Below, in pieces: positions 27,571 to 37,097 of a DNA stretch of 64,000 bases. The translations under genes and the position numbers were made by a program. The DNA is from a virus (Duplodnaviria; Caudoviricetes): IMG/VR virus record IMGVR_UViG_643692013_000008, positions 32,001 to 96,000 of that record. The stretch is one strand, 5' to 3'. Within the stretch, counting starts at the first letter, position 1. Each line of letters begins with the position of its first letter. Below the pieces are notes generated by a model, which saw nothing but the letters and a program-made list of their open reading frames with translations, did no database searches and had not been told where the DNA came from.

Positions 27571-27815
27571 GCACGGGACTGATGACGCCTGAGGACCTGG
27601 TGAAGGTCACCCACAAGAAACGATACAGCGCGCAAGCGAAGTGGTTCAAGGCGCAGTACGGCGTCGACGTGCCGCAGCGGACCGACGGCAGCATCGTGCT
27701 GACGTGGGAGACCCTCGACGCTCTCGCCGAGGCCAAGCTCGGGATTCGGGCTGTCGACCGGCGGATCGATGCGTCGCCCGATCGCCCACCGATCCACGTG
27801 CTGCGAAAAGCATGA
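27567..27815 (+). CDS. xis: Excisionase-like (DUF4224) protein
   Basis: Small HTH-like protein coupled to int; T..KR..AQ..W......R.DGS. Confidence 0.75.
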   Translation: MSTGLMTPEDLVKVTHKKRYSAQAKWFKAQYGVDVPQRTDGSIVLTWETLDALAEAKLGIRAVDRRIDASPDRPPIHVLRKA

Positions 27816-28948
27816 CGCCCCGCCGCCGAAAGAGCCCAGATGGGCTCCCGAGCCGCGTCTACATTCGCGACGGGTCGTTCTATTGGGTCCGGCCGGACAG
27901 CAACAAGTGGATCCGGCTATGCCGCGTCAGCGAGGGCGACGCGCTGATGCTCGAGCGCCTGGCCGCTGAGAAGCGCCAGTTCACGGCGGCCGCCGGTGGC
28001 GGCAACCTGCCCAGGCTGGTCGGCGAATTCATGGACACGCACAAGATGCGCTACGCCCCATCCTTCCGCGACGAGTGGGTGCGTCGCGGCGAGGCGGTAA
28101 TCGAATCGCTCTGCGAGTGGAACGTCGAGCGCGTCGACGCTGGAGCCGTCGAGGACTTCCTCATGAAGAACTGGGCGGACCGGCTGCCAATGCAGCGGGC
28201 GATGAAAGCGTGGCTGTCGACGTTCTTCAACTGGATCATCCGCCGGAAGAAACTGATGCAGGTGAACCCCTGCCGCGAGGTCATCGTCAAGAAGCCGAAG
28301 GCCCGCGACGTCTACATCCCGGACCGGGATTTCGTCGCCATTCGCGATGCGCTGATGACCTACACCTACACGAAGAACGCCGGCACGCCGAAGGAGAAGA
28401 CCTTGGTCGGTAAGGTACAGACGGGGCCGATGATGCAGTGCTTCATCGACCTCTGCTACCTGACCTGCCAGCGCTCGACGGACATCCGGCTGCTGCGGTG
28501 GGACCAGATCGACAGGGATGCCGGCGTTATCCACTTCGTGCCGACGAAGACGGAGGATTCGAGCGGCGAGGCCGTGGACTGGCCCCTGACGCCCGATATC
28601 GAGGCGGTGCTGGCGCGCGCGAAGCTGCTGGACCCGGCTTTCGGGCAGACCTACGTTATCCGGGACAGGAAAGGCAAACCGAAGACGGATCAGTCGTGCC
28701 GCGACGCGTGGGACGGGGCGATCGATCGCGTCGCCAAGCTCGACCCGAGCATCGCGGGTAAACCCTACACGATCAAGGATATTCGCGCGAAGGCGCTGAC
28801 GGACGCGAAGCGCGCCGGGTATGCAATCGAGGATCTGAGGGTGGCCGGGGCGCACACGGATACTGCGACGACCGAGACCTACCTGAAGGCGCGGGAGGTA
28901 CCCCGCTCCAAGGTCGTCCTGCACCTTCCGATGCCGAAATCGGCATAA
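27812..28948 (+). CDS. int: Tyrosine integrase of prophage A
   Basis: TCQRSTDI (R), KT, KDIRAKA (KxxR variant), GAHT, TETY. Confidence 0.92.
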   Translation: MTPRRRKSPDGLPSRVYIRDGSFYWVRPDSNKWIRLCRVSEGDALMLERLAAEKRQFTAAAGGGNLPRLVGEFMDTHKMRYAPSFRDEWVRRGEAVIESLCEWNVERVDAGAVEDFLMKNWADRLPMQRAMKAWLSTFFNWIIRRKKLMQVNPCREVIVKKPKARDVYIPDRDFVAIRDALMTYTYTKNAGTPKEKTLVGKVQTGPMMQCFIDLCYLTCQRSTDIRLLRWDQIDRDAGVIHFVPTKTEDSSGEAVDWPLTPDIEAVLARAKLLDPAFGQTYVIRDRKGKPKTDQSCRDAWDGAIDRVAKLDPSIAGKPYTIKDIRAKALTDAKRAGYAIEDLRVAGAHTDTATTETYLKAREVPRSKVVLHLPMPKSA

Positions 28949-28959
28949 CCTGGGCGGCG

Positions 28960-28992
28960 ATATTGGAGAACCTCCAATATGGTCTCCAATAT
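28960..28992. repeat. Putative integrase arm-type sites (CTCCAATAT x3)
   Basis: Inverted copy 28960-28968; direct copies 28972-28980 and 28984-28992. Confidence 0.6.
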
Positions 28993-29014
28993 GCACAAAA
29001 AATAGGCACAAACG

Positions 29015-29048
29015 AAAAACCCGCGTCAGCCTTAACTGACGCGGGTTT
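29015..29048. terminator. Intrinsic terminator 3' of the tRNA fragment
   Basis: AAACCCGCGTCAG-loop-CTGACGCGGGTTT perfect 13-bp stem. Confidence 0.85.
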
Positions 29049-29053
29049 GATAC

Positions 29054-29100
<47 letters not shown>

Positions 29101-29141
29101 TGAATTGCATCACCAGCACAATCAGATACTTAGGCCATTTT

Positions 29142-29213
29142 GTCTAACTTGATGCCTAATTCTTAATCAGCTTCTGGTGCGGCTTTGCGATGGGATTTCA
29201 CCCCAAGTTAGAC
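29142..29213. repeat. Putative arm-type sites of integrase B
   Basis: GTCTAACTTG 29142-29151 and its inverse CAAGTTAGAC 29204-29213. Confidence 0.55.
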
Positions 29214-29221
29214 GACAAAAA

Positions 29222-30328
29222 TCAACTGGTGCGACGCATCGGAACGGGTGTCACACGCTCCACTTCGCGAGCTTTGGTGTAGTGCGCGGTCATTTCCGCC
29301 GTGGTGTGTCCTGCGAGTGCCTGCGCCGCTCTCGCACCCTCGAGCCGCTGCTTGTCGGTAAGGGCTTTCGCTCTCAGGTCATGGAAATGCATACCGACGA
29401 GAAACCGAGGATCCGGCTCCGTGCCCTTCGCAGCGCACTCGCCCTCATAGGACTTGCGCGCGCGCTTAATCGCCCGTTTCCATGCTGTCTGTGCGCCGCT
29501 GTAGGTATAGCGCGCGCCGTCCTGCGTGCAGATGATCGGTCCGATTGCTTTCACCTTGCCGGCCTTCGCCGCGTCGAGCGTGGCGCGCAAGTCCGGCGTC
29601 AATTGAATCAGGAGGCGCACGCCACTGCTGTTTACCGTTTTCGAGGGATGGAAGAAGAGTCCGTCGTTGCTGACATCTTGCCAGTTCAGCGCAAGCAGAT
29701 CGCCGATGCGTTGTGCGGTCTGATAGGCCAGGTCGATAAGGCAGACGATCGTCGTTCCGGATGCGGTCGGGCGTCCGTCCAACCCAACGAGCGCGGCAGC
29801 GCGGACAGCCTCCAGCTCCATGTCCGTGATGTAGCGGTCGCGCGCCTTCTCCTCGGCGCCGGCGACCTCGCGCGCCGGATTGCGATCGCGCAGCCCCTTG
29901 CGCACGGCGTGCGCGAAGATCAGCGACAGGAGCGCCTTGTATTTGTTGCTGGTGTTCGGTTTCGTCGAGAAGTGCTTGTCGAGGAACCGGGCGATGTCGG
30001 CCGGGCGCACGTCCTCGACTGTCCACTGCGGCCCGAACTCCGATTTGACGAATGTCGCCATGCGCCGGTATTCCTCGCGCGTCTTCAGCGCATACTTCGG
30101 GAGCTTTACCAGCAGCCAGTCGTCGATGAGCGCAGGCATCGTGTCGGCAATACCTCGTTCATCCGCCTCGCGGTTGAACTTTGCGAGTTGCTCATAGAGG
30201 CGCGTGAGCCCATCGGTCGTACTGCAAAGGCGGTGCCACTTCCGGCGCATATCGACGAAGTACCACGAACCGTGCTTCTCGTAGACGCGCGCGGGCAGCG
30301 GTGACGCCTTCTTCCGTCGCCCGATCAT
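29222..30328 (-). CDS. int: Tyrosine integrase of prophage B
   Basis: TAQRIGDLL, FHDLRAKA, LAGHTT, TAHY. Confidence 0.95.
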   Translation of the reverse strand: MIGRRKKASPLPARVYEKHGSWYFVDMRRKWHRLCSTTDGLTRLYEQLAKFNREADERGIADTMPALIDDWLLVKLPKYALKTREEYRRMATFVKSEFGPQWTVEDVRPADIARFLDKHFSTKPNTSNKYKALLSLIFAHAVRKGLRDRNPAREVAGAEEKARDRYITDMELEAVRAAALVGLDGRPTASGTTIVCLIDLAYQTAQRIGDLLALNWQDVSNDGLFFHPSKTVNSSGVRLLIQLTPDLRATLDAAKAGKVKAIGPIICTQDGARYTYSGAQTAWKRAIKRARKSYEGECAAKGTEPDPRFLVGMHFHDLRAKALTDKQRLEGARAAQALAGHTTAEMTAHYTKAREVERVTPVPMRRTS

Positions 30329-30556
30329 CTACGCCGCCTTCATGTCGGAAGTGAGTTGCGGACGGCGCCGGCTTCGCTCCTGATTCTTCGGGATGCTGAT
30401 GCCTGCGATATGGTGTCGCCACACGCGCACGCTGCCGTCGGGCCGGCGATCTGCCGGGATGCCAGCGCGCATCAGGGCCTGCAATTGCCGGCACGGCTGG
30501 CGGTAGCCTGTTGCCTCGACGATCTCCTGCTCGCTGAGTGTGAGAGATTCGCTCAC
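30329..30556 (-). CDS. xis: Excisionase-like (DUF4224) protein
   Basis: LSEQEIVEATGYRQ...Q..AL...GI....RPDGS.RV, adjacent to int. Confidence 0.8.
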   Translation of the reverse strand: MSESLTLSEQEIVEATGYRQPCRQLQALMRAGIPADRRPDGSVRVWRHHIAGISIPKNQERSRRRPQLTSDMKAA

Positions 30557-30744
30557 TTCCCGTCCTCCGTATTAGTGCGCGCCCGGCGTTCATAGCTCGC
30601 CCAATACGCTATTGCTTCGTCTATCGCTGGCTCGGTGTGGCCGAGTTGCGCCGCGCGTTCCCTGCATGCCTTGAGGGTCCTGATATTTTCGTTTCGGGAC
30701 ACGTTCACCAAAGCCTTCAGCGCGTTAAATACTTCTTCGTTCAC
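30553..30744 (-). CDS. Hypothetical phage protein
   Basis: Coupled 63-aa ORF. Confidence 0.6.
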   Translation of the reverse strand: MNEEVFNALKALVNVSRNENIRTLKACRERAAQLGHTEPAIDEAIAYWASYERRARTNTEDGK

Positions 30745-31109
30745 GCTTCCCCTCCGGTATCAGTAGTGCGTGCGATCTCGGCAGCAGCGCGGGTGATGGC
30801 GCGGCGCAGTGCTTCGGCCGAGTCGCCGGGCTTTTCAACGATGAACACGCGCTCGTCAGGCTCACGATGAGCGGTGACGCTGACGTAGCCCGCGTTGATG
30901 CTGATATCGATGTCCATGCGCAGCTTCACCGCCAGCCGCAGCGCGTCGCCGTCGTCGGTGAGAGGGTTCCATCCTTCCGCAATGCCGGGCGTCTTTGAGT
31001 GCTTCGGTGAAAGAAGCATGTCACGCCAAAGCGGGTCATCCAATCGTGATCGGAGTATCTCGATCTCCGCCGCCTTCGCCGCCAGTTCCAACAGTTCTTT
31101 GTCGGTCAC
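30741..31109 (-). CDS. Hypothetical phage protein
   Basis: TDKELLELAAKAA...WNPLTDDGDALRLAV...RRAITRAAAEI. Confidence 0.75.
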   Translation of the reverse strand: MTDKELLELAAKAAEIEILRSRLDDPLWRDMLLSPKHSKTPGIAEGWNPLTDDGDALRLAVKLRMDIDISINAGYVSVTAHREPDERVFIVEKPGDSAEALRRAITRAAAEIARTTDTGGEA

Positions 31110-31813
31110 GATCTCTCTCCCTCGACGCGCTTGAACTCGACGACCCATACCCAGGGGTTGGCTTCCCAGAGCCCCGGACCCTTGAGGTTCCAGTTCTCGC
31201 CGCCGTGAAGTCGGTTGATAAAGTTGGCGAACGCATAGCGCGCGGAGCCCATACAACGGGTATGGCTGGTGGCGTCGCCCATGTGCCAGCCTTTGCGTTG
31301 AGTGCCGCGGACGACGGGATGGAAGGTCCGGCCGCCATCGACGCTGATGGAGCCTTTCGGCGGCTCGATACCGAAGTCGGTGAAAACTGCACCTTCGGCG
31401 ATCGCATCTCCCTCGCTGATGTCATGCAACCGCTCGACGCGCACGCCGGTGATTTCGAGCGTGATGCGCGAAAGGGTGCGTGGCATGTGGATCGAGGGCG
31501 TCCACCCCGCACCCCTGGCATCGCCACTCGGATCAGAATCGGCGCGATAGATCGTATGAGCTCGACGGCAAGGGATGCTGACTGATGCTGCCCAGCAATA
31601 ATCGGCCGGCTCATGAATGAACGCTTCGCGCACCCACAGGCGGTCGCCGGGCTCGCCATGCGGACATCCCTGCTGGTTCGGGAAGCGGCGCAGAATCGCG
31701 TCGAGGTTATCTTTCCCGGCGAATTCTTTCGCGACGCGCCGCGTCTGAGTCTTGCGCCCGTCGAGAATGGCGCGCACCATCGGTGCGCTGAAAATGATCG
31801 GCCGCTCTTTCAC
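31106..31813 (-). CDS. ASCH/PUA-like phage protein, homologous to 26932-27570
   Basis: ERPIIFSAPMVRAILDGRKTQTRR, LWVRE, NPWVWVVEF. Confidence 0.85.
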   Translation of the reverse strand: MKERPIIFSAPMVRAILDGRKTQTRRVAKEFAGKDNLDAILRRFPNQQGCPHGEPGDRLWVREAFIHEPADYCWAASVSIPCRRAHTIYRADSDPSGDARGAGWTPSIHMPRTLSRITLEITGVRVERLHDISEGDAIAEGAVFTDFGIEPPKGSISVDGGRTFHPVVRGTQRKGWHMGDATSHTRCMGSARYAFANFINRLHGGENWNLKGPGLWEANPWVWVVEFKRVEGERS

Positions 31814-32502
31814 GATTGATTCTCCTTGCGTGCGGCGTCGATCACCCGATCGAGAATTGCCTCGGGCGTCTCGTCCTGAACCTTGAATACCTCGACCTGC
31901 CGGTCGAACGCGATCGACATAGCGAGATCCATGCGGTCGTCATCGGGCACGTCGGATAGGATCAGCCGATACCGCGCAGCATCCCGCGCATCCTCGCTTT
32001 CCGAGATAGCCGGCGCAGCCTTGAGGGCGTCGTCGGTAGGATCAACCGGAAGCGGCATCCAGTGCGTGGGTACTTGCTCGCGTTCGAGTCGATCCATGAT
32101 TCCGGGGAGAGCAGTTCCGAACCAGTCCTTCTGGAACAGCGTTTCCTCATCGATATCATCGCATTCAGCCTCCGATGCCCATCGATCAAACGACGTATGC
32201 ATGATCAGCAGCACGCCGCAGTCCTCACGCCAGCCGAGCAACTCCGTTTCCTTCGGCGCCGTCTCGATCGGCTGCCACCGGTCGGCAGAGATAGCCGGCG
32301 CAGGCGAGACGCGGCGGTTCCATCGCTCGACTGCCGCCTCCGGGGATGCGCTGGGAATTTGTTCAATAGCGCATGTGCCTCCAAGGTTCAATGTATTGCG
32401 GCACTTCACGCCCCACCAATGCCTCTTGTCTATGGTTTGCTCCAAGACAACGGCGCCCCCGCAGAACGGGCACGGCAGCAGTTCGCTCAGCTTGTCGCTC
32501 AT
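31810..32502 (-). CDS. Lar-like zinc-finger plus DUF551-like mosaic protein
   Basis: LLPCPFCGG...AVERWNRR; WQPIETAPK...PTHWMPLP; two APAIS linkers. Confidence 0.75.
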   Translation of the reverse strand: MSDKLSELLPCPFCGGAVVLEQTIDKRHWWGVKCRNTLNLGGTCAIEQIPSASPEAAVERWNRRVSPAPAISADRWQPIETAPKETELLGWREDCGVLLIMHTSFDRWASEAECDDIDEETLFQKDWFGTALPGIMDRLEREQVPTHWMPLPVDPTDDALKAAPAISESEDARDAARYRLILSDVPDDDRMDLAMSIAFDRQVEVFKVQDETPEAILDRVIDAARKENQS

Positions 32503-32825
32503 CGGGTGTCTCCCTGAGATGTGACGATCGTTTCCGATTTGTGCTCGGTGATCGTCTGCTTGCCTTGGCGCCGCGATTCGGTCCAGTTGCGCTCGGTCGT
32601 CACGGTGCCGTCAGGGCAGCGGGTGAAGTAGTGCCAATTGCTATCGGCCCGGAACGCGTAGACCTTGCAGCCGTCGGCCTCGCGGATGACGTGGGGCTTT
32701 ACGTCGGCTTCCGCCTGCGCATGTTCGCGCTCCATGGCACGCTTTGCCCCGTCCGAGAAAACACCCCAATAGGTGCAGCCGCCGATGGCCGACAGCAGAA
32801 GGGCGAATATGAGAAGGTTCTTCAC
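32499..32825 (-). CDS. Exported/lipoprotein-like hypothetical protein
   Basis: Hydrophobic N-terminus; EADGCKVYAF...YFTRC. Confidence 0.7.
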   Translation of the reverse strand: MKNLLIFALLLSAIGGCTYWGVFSDGAKRAMEREHAQAEADVKPHVIREADGCKVYAFRADSNWHYFTRCPDGTVTTERNWTESRRQGKQTITEHKSETIVTSQGDTR

Positions 32826-34732
32826 GCTTCGCCTCCCTTCCCACCCTGCGCGCCCTGAGACTCTTTGGCCGCATGGGCGAGCGCCGGCAACGTATCGACG
32901 ATCCCCTTGTCGGAGAAGAAGCCGGATGCGAACACGGCGTTGTCATACGTGACCGGACGACGCCCGAATTCCAACGATGACAGGAAGGCCGGCGAAACTC
33001 GCATAGCCGTCGCCATGTCCATCAGCGTTGTGCCGGCAACGATCCGAAGCGCCCGCACGAGCATCCCGTAAGGCGTCAGGGGATTCTCGATGCTCGCCAC
33101 CGCCTCTCCCGCATCAGCAGGGGCGCTTCGGGGCAAATCACGGATGACTTGCTTTATCAGCGCACCTACGGCGGCCACGCTGCCGAACTCGATGTAGCCC
33201 GCTGCGTTCTCCCTGCCGCCGACGTGCTTGATGCGCTCGCCAAGGTTCATGCCGGCCGTCGGGCTCGGCTCGCGCGCCTCGGCCGGTGCGGAGGCCTGCG
33301 CGCGATAAAGCTCGACTTCCATGCGGAGCACTTCGGCGAGTCGTTTAACCAGTTCGATCTTGTTGAGCGGATCGTCGGGATGTACGGGATCGTCGCCGCG
33401 CAGAGTCACGCACACATCTGCAAGCGTTTCGCTCAGACGGCGGATCACGTAGGCATCCTCCGACTCTTCGCCCTCGTTCGCTTGAGGTGCGGCGGCCTGC
33501 GATGTGCGCGCAACGTTGAGCACAACCTCGTCTTCCACGGCGCGGGCGAACTGCCGCCAGCCCCATTGCTTCATGAAGCTGCCGAGGCCGCCCGGCATCG
33601 ATTCGGCGATCGCGTCGATGTCGGCGTCGTCAAGCCTCGCCGCCCGCTCGTCGGACGTGGCCGGCTCACTGGCAACGGGGAGCGTCCAATCGTCACTGAG
33701 ATGCGAACCAGTCAGCGGCACGCATCCGGCCTGCCGGAAGCAATCCCCTTTGCTGCCGCATTCGTGGTGGCACTTGCCGCCGTCAATGCAATAGCCTGCA
33801 TCTCGCAAGCAAGAGTGCAGCCATTTGACATGCGCTCGAACCTCGTCGGGCTCGGCCGTGGCCGGCTCGCCTTCGCCAGATTCGAGGTAGAAGCATCCCA
33901 GTTCGTTGCATGCCTGCGCCGTGCTTGATCCGCAGCGCGTGCATTTGCTCTCGGACGTGGCCGGCGATACTGCTGCGCGCTCGTCACCCATCAGCGCGGC
34001 CGTCGCGGTGACGAGGTGATAAGCGGGATCGCTGACGGCAATCTTGCCTTCAGAGCTCGCCTGATACCACGCGATCAGCAGCGACCAGATATCCGATATG
34101 AACTGGCGGGGCGTCATGCCGTCCGGGCAGCCCAACTCTTCGCACGCTTCGACGATTCCTTGCAGCTCGTCCGTGTCCGCCCCATCAGCGGCGACAGCCT
34201 GAGCGGCTATTTCCGGCACCGGCCAATCGCGAGTCGGGCAGTCTAAGGCTTGCTGGATAGTGCTGGTTGCATCTTGCCCTTCGCCCAATGGCACAGGTCC
34301 GAAATCGCGGATCGATGCCAATCTGACCGGCGCGGCGACAGTCTGAGCGTCAAATCCCCTGGCCGAAATGACCGCCTCGGATTGGCCCGATTCCTTGCTG
34401 GGATTGGGTTCCGTCCCGGCCGAAATCTCGTCGACCGGGGCGGCGGGAGAGGCGGCGAGCATGGCTGCGTAGATGCCGAGCGGCGTGCAGTTACGGAACG
34501 ACGTGCCTTTCGGAAGCCCGTCCCACAAGCACTCAAGCATGTCTCGCGTCGGTACGATCGGAACCAGCTTCCACCCCTCCGGTGCGGGCACTGCTGCTCG
34601 CGGGGAGGTGAGAAGGGCGCGAAGTGCATCGCCGTACTCGTCCATCGCGAGAGGCGTCAGCACGCTGATTGCCATGTTGATTGCTGCACGCTGCTCGTCC
34701 GTCAGCGCGGCTGCGGTGGTGTTGTTCGTCAT
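32822..34732 (-). CDS. Mosaic cassette protein B with C-terminal XRE HTH
   Basis: 636 aa; shared linkers with 22790-24388; GWKLVP module; LRIVAGTTLMDMA..MRVSPAFLSSLEFGRRP. Confidence 0.8.
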   Translation of the reverse strand: MTNNTTAAALTDEQRAAINMAISVLTPLAMDEYGDALRALLTSPRAAVPAPEGWKLVPIVPTRDMLECLWDGLPKGTSFRNCTPLGIYAAMLAASPAAPVDEISAGTEPNPSKESGQSEAVISARGFDAQTVAAPVRLASIRDFGPVPLGEGQDATSTIQQALDCPTRDWPVPEIAAQAVAADGADTDELQGIVEACEELGCPDGMTPRQFISDIWSLLIAWYQASSEGKIAVSDPAYHLVTATAALMGDERAAVSPATSESKCTRCGSSTAQACNELGCFYLESGEGEPATAEPDEVRAHVKWLHSCLRDAGYCIDGGKCHHECGSKGDCFRQAGCVPLTGSHLSDDWTLPVASEPATSDERAARLDDADIDAIAESMPGGLGSFMKQWGWRQFARAVEDEVVLNVARTSQAAAPQANEGEESEDAYVIRRLSETLADVCVTLRGDDPVHPDDPLNKIELVKRLAEVLRMEVELYRAQASAPAEAREPSPTAGMNLGERIKHVGGRENAAGYIEFGSVAAVGALIKQVIRDLPRSAPADAGEAVASIENPLTPYGMLVRALRIVAGTTLMDMATAMRVSPAFLSSLEFGRRPVTYDNAVFASGFFSDKGIVDTLPALAHAAKESQGAQGGKGGEA

Positions 34733-34739
34733 GGTGTCC

Positions 34740-35606
34740 TCAGATCAGTTCGATGCAGGTTTCAATGAATGCGGCCGCCGGGCGCGGGTCGATCGCGTTT
34801 CCGAGGGCGCGCAGCTTAGCCACTCGGGCGGGTATCCCATTTCCCAGCCAGCGAACTCGGGGTGGAGGGAGCCGCCGCCACTTTCCATCGGGGCATTCGA
34901 CGTACTGGCAACCGTCGATACTTGCGACGGCAGCGGAGAACCCCCGGCTCCGAAACTCATGTTCGGTCCACCCTTCGCCCCATCCGATGCCCGGATCGTT
35001 GACCAGAGCGCGATCACGACGTCCGAAAGATTCACTTGGTGACCGCTCGACATTCGCGCTAGAGCTTTCGATGGATCCTTGTAGTCGCCCCCGCCCTTCT
35101 GGCGGCACTGCGCCGTCGGCCACAAACCAATAACGATCTCGAAAGTGTTCCGCACCAGCGCTCGCGGCTTCGATAGGCATTGCCCCCACGGCGTATTCCA
35201 GGGCTTCCAGGTTATTTCGCACGAGACCGAGCCAGTCAGTCGCTGCCGCAACCTGCTCTCCAAAGATCGTTGCAGGTCGTCGCTGTTTGATGAGCCAGTA
35301 CCAATGAGGCCAGAGGTGTCGCGGGTCATCAAACCCAAGTCCCTTGCCTGCGACGGAGAAAGGTTGGCAAGGACAGGAACCGGTCCAAACAGGTCTGTCA
35401 TCGGGCCAGCCTGCGAGGCGGAGGGCTCTTGACCATCCGCCAAGGCCGGCGAAGAAATGGCACTGCGTGTATCCGCGCAGGTCGTCAGGTCGGACATCCT
35501 CGATACTCCGTTCGTCGACGTCGCCAGGCGCGATGTGGCCGGCGGCGATCAGGTTGCGAAGCCACTGCGCCGCATACGGGTCAATCTCGTTGTAATAGGC
35601 GCTCAT
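34740..35606 (-). CDS. C5-cytosine methyltransferase, alpha-like polypeptide
   Basis: FFAGLGGW, GSCPCQPFS, EQV, HFRDRYWFV, LRALGNAI; no evident motif IX. Confidence 0.88.
   Translation of the reverse strand: MSAYYNEIDPYAAQWLRNLIAAGHIAPGDVDERSIEDVRPDDLRGYTQCHFFAGLGGWSRALRLAGWPDDRPVWTGSCPCQPFSVAGKGLGFDDPRHLWPHWYWLIKQRRPATIFGEQVAAATDWLGLVRNNLEALEYAVGAMPIEAASAGAEHFRDRYWFVADGAVPPEGRGRLQGSIESSSANVERSPSESFGRRDRALVNDPGIGWGEGWTEHEFRSRGFSAAVASIDGCQYVECPDGKWRRLPPPRVRWLGNGIPARVAKLRALGNAIDPRPAAAFIETCIELI
34745..35497 (-). CDS. Overprinted alternative-frame ORF: beta-like polypeptide with motif IX
   Basis: 250-aa ORF nested in another frame; LWPT/LWST TRD-like units and LHPEFAGWEMGYPPEW. Confidence 0.65.
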   Translation of the reverse strand: MSDLTTCADTRSAISSPALADGQEPSASQAGPMTDLFGPVPVLANLSPSQARDLGLMTRDTSGLIGTGSSNSDDLQRSLESRLRQRLTGSVSCEITWKPWNTPWGQCLSKPRALVRNTFEIVIGLWPTAQCRQKGGGDYKDPSKALARMSSGHQVNLSDVVIALWSTIRASDGAKGGPNMSFGAGGSPLPSQVSTVASTSNAPMESGGGSLHPEFAGWEMGYPPEWLSCAPSETRSTRARRPHSLKPASN

Positions 35607-36355
35607 ATCGTTTCCAAGATCAGCGGGCTTTGCTGCAGCCGCTGCGCCTGCATATCGCGGCAATCCGGATCGAGCTCGCAGCCGATCCAGTGTCTGCCGT
35701 TTCGGATGGCGGCGAGCGCTGTACTGCCGCTGCCGAGGAAAGGGTCGAGCACGATGCCGCCAGGTGGCACGCTGTAGCGCACCATCAGCTCGATCAGATC
35801 GACGGGTTTCTGTGTAGGGTGAAGCGCATGGCCGTGCTCATTCCTCATGTCGATCACGCTCGTGCGCAGGCGCGGGCCGCCGTCCACGCTGGTGTAATGG
35901 CCGCGGTCGATGTCGCCCCAGTGAGCTGCTCGAGTCTTGCGGCGCACCTGTTTTTTGCGCGCGTCGTGCGTGACCTGCGGGCACTTGTAGACGTCGGACC
36001 AAGCGCCGCGATAGAACAGCACCGCATGCTCGTGGACGCGCCGAAAGCGATCATTGTGGAAGCCAGTGCCGTTCTGCTTGCGCCACACGATGTCCTGCGA
36101 GTACCGGAACCCGGCGCGCTCCATCAGTTCGAACGTGGGCGCGATGAACCGGAGACTGCCGAATACCCAAATCGATCCGGCTGGTTTCAGGGTTCGCGCG
36201 CATGCATCGATCCAGCCGTCGACCACGCGATCCCACTTCAGGGAAGTGTCGCCATAGGGCGGATCGGCAATGACGGCATCAGCCACGCCGGCCGGGATCA
36301 TCGGCAGCAGCTCGCGGCAGTCTCCGAAGTGGCATCGGTCAAGCCAGTCGCTCAT
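35603..36355 (-). CDS. Beta-class N6-adenine/N4-cytosine DNA methyltransferase
   Basis: DPPY, HPTQKP, VLDPFLGSGST. Confidence 0.92.
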   Translation of the reverse strand: MSDWLDRCHFGDCRELLPMIPAGVADAVIADPPYGDTSLKWDRVVDGWIDACARTLKPAGSIWVFGSLRFIAPTFELMERAGFRYSQDIVWRKQNGTGFHNDRFRRVHEHAVLFYRGAWSDVYKCPQVTHDARKKQVRRKTRAAHWGDIDRGHYTSVDGGPRLRTSVIDMRNEHGHALHPTQKPVDLIELMVRYSVPPGGIVLDPFLGSGSTALAAIRNGRHWIGCELDPDCRDMQAQRLQQSPLILETI

Positions 36356-36480
36356 GGTCAAATCCAGTAGGTCAGTTGCATCGAAGGGCGCGCGGCTCGA
36401 TGCACGCGGCTTTCGATGAAGCCGGAAAAAGACCGGCCCGTACTGGCGCCGGCTCAAAGACACGCTACGGGGGTAGCGAT

Positions 36481-37050
36481 TCAGTCCTGCTCTTGCTGCT
36501 CGAGGTCAGATCCTTCGAACGGTACGTAGTCGGGCTCCGGAGTGCCGAACAAACCCGGGTCGACGTAGTCGTCCGGCGGCGTCAGCGTGATACCGATCTC
36601 CTGCTGCAGGCGCGTGGCGACCTTGCCGTGATCGATTTCGTCCTTCGGGTGCGCGGTGATCTTGAAGTGCACGCCGACGCTACCGCCCTCCTGAGTCGTG
36701 AAGCGGATGTCCTTCAGGCCGCACTCGGACAACAGCACATCCTCGACGCCACTCGCTCCGATGTGGAAGCGCAGCAAGTACCCTTCGTATTTACGCTCCC
36801 AGGCCATCTGACGCATGAACGGGAAGCGCAGCTCGGTCAGGCCGTCGTGATCCATCGGCAATTCGCCCGGCTTCGGCAGCGGCTTGCGATAGAGCGCGTT
36901 GCGCAGCGCCGAGTCGAACATCTCGAGCACTTCGCCGCCTTGCACGACGTAGAGGCCGATCGAGATCGCGGCGACGCGCTCAGCGCCGTGCTTCTCGCTC
37001 ACGTTGGTGCACGACACGATTTTCGCGAGGGTGTTGTCGAGTGAGAACAT
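36481..37050 (-). CDS. Hypothetical phage protein, homologous to 17792-18436
   Basis: AGGAG RBS; shared motifs. Confidence 0.75.
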   Translation of the reverse strand: MFSLDNTLAKIVSCTNVSEKHGAERVAAISIGLYVVQGGEVLEMFDSALRNALYRKPLPKPGELPMDHDGLTELRFPFMRQMAWERKYEGYLLRFHIGASGVEDVLLSECGLKDIRFTTQEGGSVGVHFKITAHPKDEIDHGKVATRLQQEIGITLTPPDDYVDPGLFGTPEPDYVPFEGSDLEQQEQD

Positions 37051-37097
37051 GGTGGCTCCTGGAATATTTCCGGAATAATTTGTCGACGGTTTTGTCG

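Larger units (their letters stand above)
1..29053. mobile_element. Prophage A (lambdoid; early region and start of late operon; continues left of window)
   Basis: Q-like gene and late promoter, nin-like genes, DnaB, initiator, divergent cro/cI, ERF/YqaJ recombination genes, xis-int ending at a tRNA remnant. Confidence 0.93.
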
